Shown here piece after piece: positions 30,977 to 42,875 of a stretch of 64,000 bases of DNA. The stretch comes from Escherichia coli (GTDB taxonomy: Bacteria > Pseudomonadota > Gammaproteobacteria > Enterobacterales > Enterobacteriaceae). The position numbers and the translations under genes were made by a program. The stretch lies in NCBI RefSeq assembly GCF_003334405.1, contig NZ_QOWM01000006.1. One strand, written 5' to 3'. The notes below the pieces were generated by a model. It saw only the letters and a program-made list of their open reading frames with translations, was not told where the DNA came from and ran no database searches. The first letter of the stretch is position 1. Each line of letters starts with the position of its first letter.

Positions 30977-33682
30977 ATGCTAATCAAATTGTTAACTAAA
31001 GTTTTCGGTAGTCGTAACGATCGCACCCTGCGCCGGATGCGCAAAGTGGTCAACATCATCAATGCCATGGAACCGGAGATGGAAAAACTCTCCGACGAAG
31101 AACTGAAAGGGAAAACCGCAGAGTTTCGTGCACGTCTGGAAAAAGGCGAAGTGCTGGAAAATCTGATCCCGGAAGCTTTCGCCGTGGTACGTGAGGCAAG
31201 TAAGCGCGTCTTTGGTATGCGTCACTTCGACGTTCAGTTACTCGGCGGTATGGTTCTTAACGAACGCTGCATCGCCGAAATGCGTACCGGTGAAGGAAAA
31301 ACCCTGACCGCAACGCTGCCTGCTTACCTGAACGCACTAACCGGTAAAGGCGTGCACGTAGTTACCGTCAACGACTACCTGGCGCAACGTGACGCCGAAA
31401 ACAACCGTCCGCTGTTTGAATTCCTTGGCCTGACTGTCGGTATCAACCTGCCGGGCATGCCAGCACCGGCAAAGCGCGAAGCTTACGCAGCTGACATCAC
31501 TTACGGTACGAACAACGAATACGGCTTTGACTACCTGCGCGACAACATGGCGTTCAGCCCTGAAGAACGTGTACAGCGTAAACTGCACTATGCGCTGGTG
31601 GACGAAGTGGACTCCATCCTGATCGATGAAGCGCGTACACCGCTGATCATTTCCGGCCCGGCAGAAGACAGCTCGGAAATGTATAAACGCGTGAATAAAA
31701 TTATTCCGCACCTGATCCGTCAGGAAAAAGAAGACTCCGAAACCTTCCAGGGCGAAGGCCACTTCTCGGTGGACGAAAAATCTCGCCAGGTGAACCTGAC
31801 CGAACGTGGTCTGGTGCTGATTGAAGAACTGCTGGTGAAAGAGGGCATCATGGATGAAGGGGAGTCTCTGTACTCTCCGGCCAACATCATGCTGATGCAC
31901 CACGTAACGGCGGCGCTGCGCGCTCATGCGCTGTTTACCCGTGACGTCGACTACATCGTTAAAGATGGTGAAGTTATCATCGTTGACGAACACACCGGTC
32001 GTACCATGCAGGGCCGTCGCTGGTCCGATGGTCTGCACCAGGCTGTGGAAGCGAAAGAAGGTGTGCAGATCCAGAACGAAAACCAAACGCTGGCTTCGAT
32101 CACCTTCCAGAACTACTTCCGTCTGTATGAAAAACTGGCGGGGATGACCGGTACTGCTGATACCGAAGCTTTCGAATTTAGCTCAATCTACAAGCTGGAT
32201 ACCGTCGTTGTTCCGACCAACCGTCCAATGATTCGTAAAGATCTGCCGGACCTGGTCTACATGACTGAAGCGGAAAAAATTCAGGCGATCATTGAAGATA
32301 TCAAAGAACGTACTGCGAAAGGCCAGCCGGTGCTGGTGGGTACTATCTCCATCGAAAAATCGGAGCTGGTGTCAAACGAACTGACCAAAGCCGGTATTAA
32401 GCACAACGTCCTGAACGCCAAATTCCACGCCAACGAAGCGGCGATTGTTGCTCAGGCAGGTTATCCGGCTGCGGTGACTATCGCGACCAATATGGCGGGT
32501 CGTGGTACAGATATTGTGCTCGGTGGTAGCTGGCAGGCAGAAGTTGCCGCGCTGGAAAATCCGACCGCAGAGCAAATTGAAAAAATTAAAGCCGACTGGC
32601 AGGTACGTCACGATGCGGTACTGGAAGCAGGTGGCCTGCATATCATCGGTACCGAGCGTCACGAATCCCGTCGTATCGATAACCAGTTGCGCGGTCGTTC
32701 TGGTCGTCAGGGGGATGCTGGTTCTTCCCGTTTCTACCTGTCGATGGAAGATGCGCTGATGCGTATTTTTGCTTCCGACCGAGTATCCGGCATGATGCGT
32801 AAACTGGGTATGAAGCCAGGCGAAGCCATTGAACACCCGTGGGTGACTAAAGCGATTGCCAACGCCCAGCGTAAAGTTGAAAGCCGTAACTTCGACATTC
32901 GTAAGCAACTGCTGGAATATGATGACGTGGCTAACGATCAGCGTCGCGCCATTTACTCCCAGCGTAACGAACTGTTGGATGTCAGCGATGTGAGCGAAAC
33001 CATTAACAGCATTCGTGAAGATGTGTTCAAAGCGACCATTGATGCCTACATTCCACCACAGTCGCTGGAAGAAATGTGGGATATTCCGGGGCTGCAGGAA
33101 CGTCTGAAGAACGATTTCGACCTCGATTTGCCAATTGCCGAGTGGCTGGATAAAGAACCAGAACTGCATGAAGAGACGCTGCGTGAGCGCATTCTGGCGC
33201 AGTCCATCGAAGTGTATCAGCGTAAAGAAGAAGTGGTTGGTGCTGAGATGATGCGTCACTTCGAGAAAGGCGTCATGCTGCAAACGCTTGACTCCCTGTG
33301 GAAAGAGCACCTGGCAGCGATGGACTATCTGCGTCAGGGTATCCACCTGCGTGGCTACGCACAGAAAGATCCGAAGCAGGAATACAAACGTGAATCGTTC
33401 TCCATGTTTGCAGCGATGCTGGAGTCGTTGAAATATGAAGTTATCAGTACGCTGAGCAAAGTTCAGGTACGTATGCCTGAAGAGGTTGAGGAGCTGGAAC
33501 AACAGCGTCGTATGGAAGCCGAGCGTTTAGCGCAAATGCAGCAGCTTAGCCATCAGGATGACGACTCTGCAGCCGCAGCTGCACTGGCGGCGCAAACCGG
33601 AGAGCGCAAAGTAGGACGTAACGATCCTTGCCCGTGCGGTTCTGGTAAAAAATACAAGCAGTGCCATGGCCGCCTGCAATAA
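30977..33682 (+). CDS. secA: Preprotein translocase ATPase SecA, 901 aa
   Basis: 901-aa ORF with Walker A (MRTGEGKTL), DEAD-like motifs and a C-terminal zinc-binding tail ([14 protein letters not shown]). Confidence 0.98.
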
Positions 33683-33699
33683 AAGCTAACTGTTGAAGT

Positions 33700-33727
33700 A
33701 AAAGGCGCAGGATTCTGCGCCTTTTTT
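33700..33727 (+). terminator. Rho-independent terminator after secA
   Basis: aaaaggcgcaggattctgcgcctttttt: GC hairpin plus T-run. Confidence 0.8.
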
Positions 33728-33741
33728 ATAGGTTTAAGACA

Positions 33742-34131
33742 ATGAAAAAGCTGCAAATTGCGGTAGGTATTATTCGCAACGAGAACAATGAAATCTTTAT
33801 AACGCGTCGCGCAGCAGATGCGCACATGGCGAATAAACTGGAGTTTCCCGGCGGTAAAATTGAAATGGGTGAAACGCCGGAACAGGCGGTGGTGCGTGAA
33901 CTTCAGGAAGAAGTCGGGATTACCCCCCAACATTTTTCGCTATTTGAAAAACTGGAATATGAATTCCCGGACAGGCATATAACACTGTGGTTTTGGCTGG
34001 TCGAACGCTGGGAAGGGGAGCCGTGGGGTAAAGAAGGGCAACCCGGTGAGTGGATGTCGCTGGTCGGTCTTAATGCCGATGATTTTCCGCCAGCCAATGA
34101 ACCGGTAATTGCGAAGCTTAAACGTCTGTAG
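33742..34131 (+). CDS. mutT: 8-oxo-dGTP diphosphatase MutT (Nudix), 129 aa
   Basis: 129-aa ORF with Nudix box GGKIEMGETPEQAVVRELQEEVGI. Confidence 0.96.
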   Translation: MKKLQIAVGIIRNENNEIFITRRAADAHMANKLEFPGGKIEMGETPEQAVVRELQEEVGITPQHFSLFEKLEYEFPDRHITLWFWLVERWEGEPWGKEGQPGEWMSLVGLNADDFPPANEPVIAKLKRL

Positions 34132-34212
34132 GTCAGATAAGGCGTTTTCGCCGCATCCGACATTCGCACACGATGCCTGATGCGACGCTGGCGCGTCTTA
34201 TCAGGCCTAAAG
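34129..34212. repeat. REP/BIME element, copy 1
   Basis: gtaggtcagataaggcgttttcgccgcatccgacattcgcacacgatgcctgatgcgacgctggcgcgtcttatcaggcc: canonical REP palindromic units (GCCGCATCCG / CTTATCAGGCC). Confidence 0.85.
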
Positions 34213-34243
34213 GGATTTCTAACTCATTGATAAATTTGTTTTT

Positions 34244-34330
<87 letters not shown>

Positions 34331-34346
34331 CGGCATCAGACAAATG

Positions 34347-34544
34347 TCACTGCTTTGGTTCTTCGCTCCAGTCATCGCTTTCGGAAAGATCGCCACTGCT
34401 GGGGATTCGTTTTTCTTCAGCAGCCCATTCTCCGAGGTCGATCAGCTGACAACGTTTGGAGCAAAATGGCCGAAACGGGCTGATTTCACCCCACACCACC
34501 GTTTTCCCGCAGGTTGGGCAATTCACCGTAATAGTTTCTGACAT
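34347..34544 (-). CDS. yacG: DNA gyrase inhibitor YacG (zinc-finger), 65 aa
   Basis: 65-aa ORF with CPTCG...C...C zinc-ribbon pattern. Confidence 0.93.
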
Positions 34545-34553
34545 TTTTACTCC

Positions 34554-35297
34554 TTAGCAACAGGCCAGTTCGAAATCCAGACGTTCCGGTACCTGTCCGT
34601 TTTCAGTGTCCAGCGGCATAAAACGAATGGCAAAACGGCTCTTATGTCCGGAAATTTGCGGATAAAGCTGTGAATCGAGCGACAGATTCAGGCGCAGCAA
34701 GTCGGCATCGCCACCGTTATCCTGATAAAAACCATTCAGGCTGGTTTGTTTACGGAAGGGGGCCGACTGGCGAATTAAATCCAGCACCATGGTAAGTGCC
34801 TGGGTGAGCGGGTTCAGGCTGGCAATCCAGGTTTCTACCTGGCTGTCGCGCTGCGCCTGGGGTAGATGCAGCCAAATGTGCAATGTAGGTAAATCAAAGC
34901 TGCAACAGCCGCCTGGGATGCTCAGTCGCTGACGCACCAGAGCAATCAAACGATCTTCACGCAGAAATTGCCCGATACGCGGCGCGGAAATTAATACGCT
35001 CCCCGCCGCTTTTAACTGCTGAATTAATGCTTCAATACGGCTCTGGTCCACGCCAGGCACGCCAATCCAGGTCTGGAGTTTACGTTGCTGCCGGTCAAGT
35101 TCTTTCAACAGCTCAGTGCGGACTTCGCCGCGCTCGAAAACATCCAGTAATTCACTGACATTACGGAAGAAATGCAGCGCGCCAGCGTGGTCAACGATGG
35201 GTAAATTAACGGTGAGTTGCTGAATCAAAAACTCAATGCGCAGCCATGTACGCATTTTTTCATTTAGTGGATGTTCAAAAAGGACCTGGGTCTGCAT
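34554..35297 (-). CDS. zapD: Cell division factor ZapD (YacF), 247 aa
   Basis: 247-aa [31 protein letters not shown]...; start overlaps the coaE stop by 1 nt. Confidence 0.94.
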
Positions 35298-35917
35298 TAC
35301 GGTTTTTCCTGTGAGACAAACTGCGACGCAAGCTGCAAATAGTGTGCGTGCAGGCGGGCAACATCCGATGCGATAGCATCCGGTGCGCCGTTATTATCAA
35401 TGACGTCATCTGCCACGGCAAGGCGGGCTTCGCGCGTTGCCTGAGCAGCAAGGATTTGTTCGACATGCTCGCGAGTTACATCATCGCGCTGCATGGTGCG
35501 CTTAAGTTGCGTTTCTGGGCTGACATCCACCACAAGCACTCGATTCGCTTTTTTATACAGTGAGTTTTCTACCAGCAATGGCACAACCCACAGTACATAG
35601 GGGGAAGTAGCTTGCTGGATCTGGTGTTGCGTCTCTTGCTGAATCAGCGGATGCAGCAGGGCGTTAAGCCAGTTTTTCTCTTCCGGGTTGGCGAAGATCC
35701 GCTCGCGCAAGGCCCGGCGCTGCAATGTTCCATCAGCAGCAATCATGTTAGCGCCAAAGTGATCAGCAATGGCATGTAGCGCAGGTGCACCTGGTTCAAC
35801 CACCTGACGCGCAATAATATCGGCATCAATGACGTTAATTCCGAGATCAGCAAACGCATTGGCAACGGTACTCTTGCCACTGCCAATGCCTCCCGTTAAG
35901 GCAACTATATACCTCAT
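35297..35917 (-). CDS. coaE: Dephospho-CoA kinase, 206 aa
   Basis: 206-aa ORF with Walker [10 protein letters not shown]. Confidence 0.96.
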
Positions 35918-36141
35918 AATTTATATTCCCGGGAATTCATCATGATTATCAAAACGTTAAAAATGAGTGCACGAAAGCGAAATTGATGAAACGTTCGCTC
36001 ACTATTTACCAGGTAAATTTATGGGATTGTAGCGTAAAAAAAGACAATTTCGCAGTCTTGCGCCGCATTGATTAGTGCGTATGATAGCGTCACTGGAGTT
36101 GCGCTCTTACCCTTATAGCCATTAACCCCAGGAATCCGCAC

Positions 36142-37185
36142 ATGCGTATTGAAGAAGATCTGAAGTTAGGTTTTAAAGACGTTCTCATCCGCCCTAAACG
36201 CTCCACTCTTAAAAGCCGTTCCGATGTTGAACTGGAACGTCAATTCACCTTCAAACATTCAGGTCAGAGCTGGTCCGGCGTGCCGATTATCGCCGCAAAT
36301 ATGGACACCGTAGGCACATTTTCTATGGCCTCTGCGCTGGCTTCTTTTGATATTTTGACTGCTGTGCATAAACACTATTCTGTCGAAGAGTGGCAAGCGT
36401 TTATCAACAATTCTTCCGCTGATGTGCTGAAACATGTGATGGTTTCTACCGGTACGTCTGATGCGGATTTCGAAAAAACTAAACAGATTCTCGACCTGAA
36501 CCCGGCATTAAACTTCGTTTGTATTGACGTGGCGAATGGTTATTCCGAACACTTCGTGCAGTTCGTTGCGAAAGCGCGTGAAGCGTGGCCGACCAAAACC
36601 ATTTGTGCTGGTAACGTAGTGACTGGTGAAATGTGTGAGGAGCTTATCCTCTCAGGTGCCGATATCGTTAAAGTTGGCATTGGCCCAGGTTCTGTTTGTA
36701 CAACTCGCGTCAAAACAGGCGTCGGTTATCCGCAACTTTCTGCGGTAATCGAATGTGCCGATGCTGCGCACGGTCTGGGCGGAATGATCGTCAGCGATGG
36801 TGGCTGCACCACGCCGGGCGATGTGGCGAAAGCCTTTGGCGGCGGTGCCGATTTCGTCATGCTTGGCGGCATGCTGGCGGGCCACGAAGAGAGCGGCGGT
36901 CGCATCGTTGAGGAGAACGGCGAGAAATTTATGCTGTTCTACGGCATGAGCTCCGAGTCTGCGATGAAACGTCACGTTGGCGGCGTTGCGGAATATCGCG
37001 CAGCAGAAGGTAAAACCGTTAAGCTGCCGCTGCGAGGCCCGGTTGAAAATACCGCGCGAGATATTTTGGGCGGCCTGCGTTCAGCTTGTACATACGTTGG
37101 GGCTTCACGCCTGAAAGAGCTGACCAAGCGCACCACGTTTATTCGTGTGCAGGAACAAGAAAACCGCATCTTCAACAACCTGTAA
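36142..37185 (+). CDS. guaC: GMP reductase, 347 aa
   Basis: 347-aa IMPDH/GMPR-family [35 protein letters not shown]... Confidence 0.97.
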
Positions 37186-37190
37186 TCTCC

Positions 37191-37220
37191 CAACGCTGGC
37201 GTGGAGCAACACGCCAGCGT
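37191..37220. terminator. Hairpin between convergent guaC and hofC, candidate bidirectional terminator
   Basis: aacgctggcgtggagcaacacgccagcgtt, a perfect 12-bp-arm inverted repeat immediately after the guaC stop. Confidence 0.6.
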
Positions 37221-38422
37221 TATCCCATCCCACTCATCGCATCGCCTAAATGGAAAATTGGCAGATACATTGCCACCACCAGCGTACCAATAATTCCTCC
37301 CGTTATGATCAGCAACGCCGGTTCCAGTAAGGCTGCGAGGTTATCCGCCAGCGCCATTGTGTTTTCCCGATGATGATGGGCGAGGTTGTCTAACATGAGA
37401 TCCAGAGAGCCGGATGCCTCTCCTGTTCTCACTAATTGCAAACAGAGCGGGCTAAACTCACCGGTATTTTTTAGCGCCAGCCAGATGGGTTGACCGTTAC
37501 TGATATCGTGCTGGATTTGTGTCAGAAGTTGCACCCAGTACGGGCAGCGCATTGTTTCTCTGACGCTCTCTACGCCCTGTAAAAAAGTAATGCCTGCACT
37601 TTGTGTCAGCGCCAGAATCGTAAAGATCTGCGTGAGTTTTTGTCCCCGCATCAGTGAACCCATAATCGGGATGCGTAACAGCAATTTCTGCCGCACTATA
37701 AGCCAGGTCGGTCGGCGCATCAGCAACTTATTGGCTATCGCCAGCAGAAAGCCGAACAACACCAGCAGCCAGCTCCATTCGCCACTAAAGTCTGCCAGCG
37801 TCATGATCCCCTGCGTTAGTGCCGGTAGTGGGGTGTTGAAGGTCTTATAGATAGCGGCAAACTCCGGCAGAACAAAATGCAGCATTGCCACAACCACCAT
37901 GATTGCCATCGCTAAAATGATGATGGGATAACGTAACGCTGATTTCACTTTGTCGGTCAACTGACGCTGGGCTTTTTGCTGACGCGCCAGTTCAAAGCAG
38001 CATTCATCCAGCTTACCGGTCAGTTCACCCGTGCGGATCATCGCCTGATAGAGCGGCGGAAATACCTCTGACCAGGGTAATAAGGCATTGGAAAAAGCAA
38101 TGCCCTGTTCGAGATCGTGCGCCAGCGATTGCAGCAACGCTTGCCATTGCTTACTGGGATGCTGTTCCGCCAGCAGAGCCAGCCCTTCAGAAAGCGTTAA
38201 CCCTGCTTTGAGTAGCGTCGCCAGTTGATGAATGACTTCCGCGCTTTTATCTCCTCGCCACTGCGCAGAATTGATGGCGATTCGCTTCAGGCTTAGTGGG
38301 GTAACCATCTGTTGCTGTAGTGCCATAAGCAGTAAAGTACGGCTCTCTGCCCATAGCATCCCATCTTGCGCATTGCCGTCGCCGGTTATGCCATGCCAGC
38401 GCCAGAGTTGCTTACTCGCCAT
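37220..38422 (-). CDS. hofC: Type IV pilus/T2SS inner-membrane platform protein (GspF/PilC family), 400 aa
   Basis: 400-aa polytopic ORF; operon with hofB and ppdD. Confidence 0.93.
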   Translation of the reverse strand: MASKQLWRWHGITGDGNAQDGMLWAESRTLLLMALQQQMVTPLSLKRIAINSAQWRGDKSAEVIHQLATLLKAGLTLSEGLALLAEQHPSKQWQALLQSLAHDLEQGIAFSNALLPWSEVFPPLYQAMIRTGELTGKLDECCFELARQQKAQRQLTDKVKSALRYPIIILAMAIMVVVAMLHFVLPEFAAIYKTFNTPLPALTQGIMTLADFSGEWSWLLVLFGFLLAIANKLLMRRPTWLIVRQKLLLRIPIMGSLMRGQKLTQIFTILALTQSAGITFLQGVESVRETMRCPYWVQLLTQIQHDISNGQPIWLALKNTGEFSPLCLQLVRTGEASGSLDLMLDNLAHHHRENTMALADNLAALLEPALLIITGGIIGTLVVAMYLPIFHLGDAMSGMG

Positions 38423-39797
38423 GCGGCATCCCCAGTACGCGGATTAACTCTTCAAAGGTGGTTAAGCCTTGCTCTACGGCCAGGCAGCCGTTTTCAAAAA
38501 GCGTACGCATACCCGCCTGTCGTGCGTGCGTTTCCAGCGATTCAACGTCGGTATTAGCGGAAATAAGCTGACGAATGACCGGCGTTATGGGCAGAACTTC
38601 AAATAAGGCCGTACGACCATAAAAACCGTGGTAGCAATGTACACAACCGGGTGCCTGCCAGTGGGGCAGCGGCGATGGCCATACATTGTCTGGAATGTGG
38701 ATGGGCTCCCCTTGCTGCCGGCGACAATGTGGGCAAAGTTTGCGTACCAGACGCTGGGCTATTACCAGCGTAAGCGCCGATGATAGCATCCAGCGGGCGA
38801 CCCCCATTTGCTGTAAACGTACCAGCGTTTCGCAGGTGGAATTAGTGTGTAGGGTAGACAACACCAGGTGACCAGTTTGCGCCGCGTTAATAGCGATCTC
38901 TGCTGTTTCGCCATCGCGGATCTCTCCGATCATGATGACGTCAGGATCCTGGCGCAATAACGCACGCAAAACGCCCTGAAAGGTGAGTCCGGCACGCGGA
39001 TGGATTTGCGTCTGGTTTAGTCCGGCTATGGGGATCTCAACTGGATCTTCGACGCTACAAATATTAATGTCAGCGGTATTCAGCTTTTGCAGGGCACTAT
39101 AAAGCGTGACCGTTTTGCCGCTGCCGGTAGGGCCAGTTACCAGCACCAGTCCCTGTGGTTGTTGCAAGGCATGAGCAAAGTCCGCCAGTTGTAACGGCTG
39201 CATTCCAAGCGTGTTGACATCCAGTGCCTGACCCACCTGCTGTAACAACCTTAATACCACCTTTTCACCACCCCGACATGGTAAGGTCGCAATACGAAAT
39301 GAGACGGCGTTTCCTGCCAGTTCGACAGTGAATTGCCCGTCCTGCGGCAGGCGATGTTCCGCAATATCCAGGTTTCCCAGCACTTTTAATCTGGCGGTTA
39401 ATGCGACTCCGGCATCCGGTGAAACATCCGGTAAAGGATGCAATACGCCGTCGATACGCAAGCGGATGCGGTAGGCATTGTCCGCTGGTTCGATATGAAT
39501 ATCAGACGCGCGTTGTTCCAGCGCAGATTGTAACGTTCGAGTTAGCAACTCTGCTTTGGGCTGATGCTTCTCCTGAACAGCTACGGGCAATGTCTGTTGT
39601 GTGCGACTGGCGTGACCTTCCATTTGTTGGCGCGTCCAGCAGGTGATCTCAATACGTTTGGTGGTAGCGAAATGCAATGCGTCCAGTAGCTCATGCGAAG
39701 GTGCATCGACTACCGCAACATGAACCACCTCTTCGCTGGCATCCAGCAAGACTCCATGATAACGCAGACACAGGGCAGTGAGCTGTGGAATATTCAT
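38412..39797 (-). CDS. hofB: Type IV pilus assembly ATPase (GspE/PilB family), 461 aa
   Basis: 461-aa ORF with Walker A GPTGSGKT and a C-terminal tetracysteine motif (CPHC...C..C). Confidence 0.94.
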   Translation of the reverse strand: MNIPQLTALCLRYHGVLLDASEEVVHVAVVDAPSHELLDALHFATTKRIEITCWTRQQMEGHASRTQQTLPVAVQEKHQPKAELLTRTLQSALEQRASDIHIEPADNAYRIRLRIDGVLHPLPDVSPDAGVALTARLKVLGNLDIAEHRLPQDGQFTVELAGNAVSFRIATLPCRGGEKVVLRLLQQVGQALDVNTLGMQPLQLADFAHALQQPQGLVLVTGPTGSGKTVTLYSALQKLNTADINICSVEDPVEIPIAGLNQTQIHPRAGLTFQGVLRALLRQDPDVIMIGEIRDGETAEIAINAAQTGHLVLSTLHTNSTCETLVRLQQMGVARWMLSSALTLVIAQRLVRKLCPHCRRQQGEPIHIPDNVWPSPLPHWQAPGCVHCYHGFYGRTALFEVLPITPVIRQLISANTDVESLETHARQAGMRTLFENGCLAVEQGLTTFEELIRVLGMPHGE

Positions 39798-39806
39798 TGC
39801 CGCTCC

Positions 39807-40247
39807 TTAGTTGGCGTCATCAAAGCGGAAGACATCTTCGCAGGCTTGCTGCAATGCGCTGTCACTTTGAATATTGCAGTTGCGCGTCCAGCCGGTGACG
39901 CCGTTTGCGTTATCCCAACCCGGTGTCATGACGACGCTTAGCCCATTGAGACTTTCTTGCCCGGTCAGCGACACCACGCCCTTTGCCACACTCATGGCTG
40001 AAACATAGCGGGTGGTGGTAGGCGAGGGAATGCCATTGCTGCCACCGTCGCAGGTATCTAATCCACCATGTTCCAGCGCGCACAACTCTACGGCGGTACG
40101 GTAAGGCACAAAGGTTTGTAGCATGTCGGTGAGTGCGGCTTTGCGCAGGTAGTTTTGATAAGCGGGAATACCAATGGCGCTTAAAATGGCAATGATGCCA
40201 ATAACCACCATCAGTTCGATAAGTGTAAAACCGCGTTGCTTGTCCAT
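39807..40247 (-). CDS. ppdD: Prepilin-peptidase-dependent type IV major pilin, 146 aa
   Basis: N-terminus MDKQRGFTLIELMVVIGIIAILSAIGIPAYQNY is a class III (type IV pilin) signal: G/F cleavage site with Glu at +5. Confidence 0.94.
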   Translation of the reverse strand: MDKQRGFTLIELMVVIGIIAILSAIGIPAYQNYLRKAALTDMLQTFVPYRTAVELCALEHGGLDTCDGGSNGIPSPTTTRYVSAMSVAKGVVSLTGQESLNGLSVVMTPGWDNANGVTGWTRNCNIQSDSALQQACEDVFRFDDAN

Positions 40248-40449
40248 CTGTTTCGCTCCTTGATTTGGTTGGCGCTACTTTGGCAAATGCCATCAGCACA
40301 GGCGAGGGGCAAAAAACGAAACGGGAAAGCAGATTCCGAGGTTTTTTATTTCGTTGCAGCGAAAGACAAGAAATTTGCGAGGCGTTACGAAGAAAGTTGG
40401 GGAAGGGGAGATTATCCGCCCGCGATGGAGCGGATAAATCTGTCAACTA

Positions 40450-41403
<954 letters not shown>

Positions 41404-41430
41404 TTAGCACCACATATAAGGAGATCCTGC

Positions 41431-41982
41431 ATGTTGTTAGAACAGGGGTGGCTGGTTGGCGCGCGCCGCGTTCCCTCACCACATTACGATTGCCGCCCGG
41501 ATGACGAAACACCCACCCTGCTGGTGGTGCACAATATTAGCCTGCCGCCAGGCGAGTTTGGCGGTCCGTGGATCGACGCATTATTCACTGGAACTATTGA
41601 TCCGCAGGCACATCCTTTCTTTGCTGAGATCGCCCATTTGCGCGTCTCCGCTCACTGTTTGATTCGCCGTGATGGTGAAATAGTCCAGTATGTTCCTTTC
41701 GATAAACGTGCATGGCATGCGGGAGTCTCTCAGTATCAGGGGCGCGAACGCTGCAATGATTTTTCTATTGGGATTGAGCTTGAAGGCACCGATACGCTGG
41801 CGTATACCGATGCGCAGTATCAACAGCTTGCGGCGGTTACGCGGGCACTGATTGATTGCTATCCGGATATCGCTAAAAACATGACGGGCCATTGTGATAT
41901 TGCGCCGGATCGGAAAACCGATCCCGGTCCTGCATTTGATTGGGCACGGTTTCGTGTGCTGGTCAGCAAGGAGACAACATGA
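41431..41982 (+). CDS. ampD: 1,6-anhydro-MurNAc-L-Ala amidase AmpD, 183 aa
   Basis: 183-aa amidase_2/PGRP-fold ORF. Confidence 0.96.
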
Positions 41983-42833
41983 CGCTATTTACAACCTTAC
42001 TGGTGTTAATTTTCGAGCGCCTGTTTAAGTTGGGCGAGCACTGGCAGCTTGATCATCGTCTTGAAGCGTTCTTTCGGCGGGTGAAACATTTTTCTCTCGG
42101 GCGCACGTTAGGCATGACCATTATTGCGATGGGCGTGACTTTTTTACTGTTACGCGCATTGCAGGGAGTATTGTTCAACGTTCCCACGCTACTGGTGTGG
42201 CTGCTGATTGGTTTGCTGTGTATTGGCGCAGGTAAAGTTCGTCTTCATTATCATGCTTATCTGACAGCTGCTTCACGTAATGATAGCCATGCCCGTGCCA
42301 CGATGGCTGGCGAACTCACCATGATTCACGGCGTCCCGGCAGGCTGCGACGAACGTGAGTATTTGCGTGAGCTGCAAAATGCATTGCTGTGGATTAACTT
42401 TCGTTTTTATCTTGCACCGCTGTTCTGGCTGATTGTGGGGGGAACCTGGGGACCCGTTACGCTGATGGGGTATGCGTTTTTGCGTGCATGGCAATACTGG
42501 CTGGCGCGATATCAGACGCCGCATCATCGTTTACAGTCCGGCATTGATGCCGTGCTTCATGTACTGGATTGGGTGCCGGTTCGTCTTGCGGGTGTGGTAT
42601 ATGCCTTGATCGGTCATGGTGAGAAAGCGTTACCGGCCTGGTTTGCTTCGCTGGGTGATTTCCATACTTCGCAGTATCAGGTGTTAACGCGTCTGGCGCA
42701 GTTCTCTCTGGCGCGTGAACCGCATGTCGATAAGGTGGAGACGCCGAAGGCAGCGGTTTCAATGGCGAAGAAAACCTCGTTCGTAGTCGTGGTGGTGATT
42801 GCACTACTGACGATTTACGGGGCGTTGGTGTAA
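41979..42833 (+). CDS. ampE: Inner-membrane protein AmpE, 284 aa
   Basis: [35 protein letters not shown]...; ATGA overlap with the ampD stop; the track frame is 13 codons longer. Confidence 0.94.
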
Positions 42834-42841
42834 AGATTATT

Positions 42842-42866
42842 GCCCTCACCCTGTACGGGTGAGGGC
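42842..42866. terminator. Hairpin between convergent ampE and aroP
   Basis: gccctcaccctgtacgggtgagggc, a 10-bp-arm GC-rich inverted repeat. Confidence 0.6.
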
Positions 42867-42875
42867 GTAGAGAGA

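Noticed and set aside
40416-40441. Hairpin ttatccgcccgcgatggagcggataa downstream of nadC as a possible terminator
   Set aside because: An 8-bp-arm inverted repeat, but on the nadC (minus) transcript it is not followed by a U-run; evidence is too weak to call.
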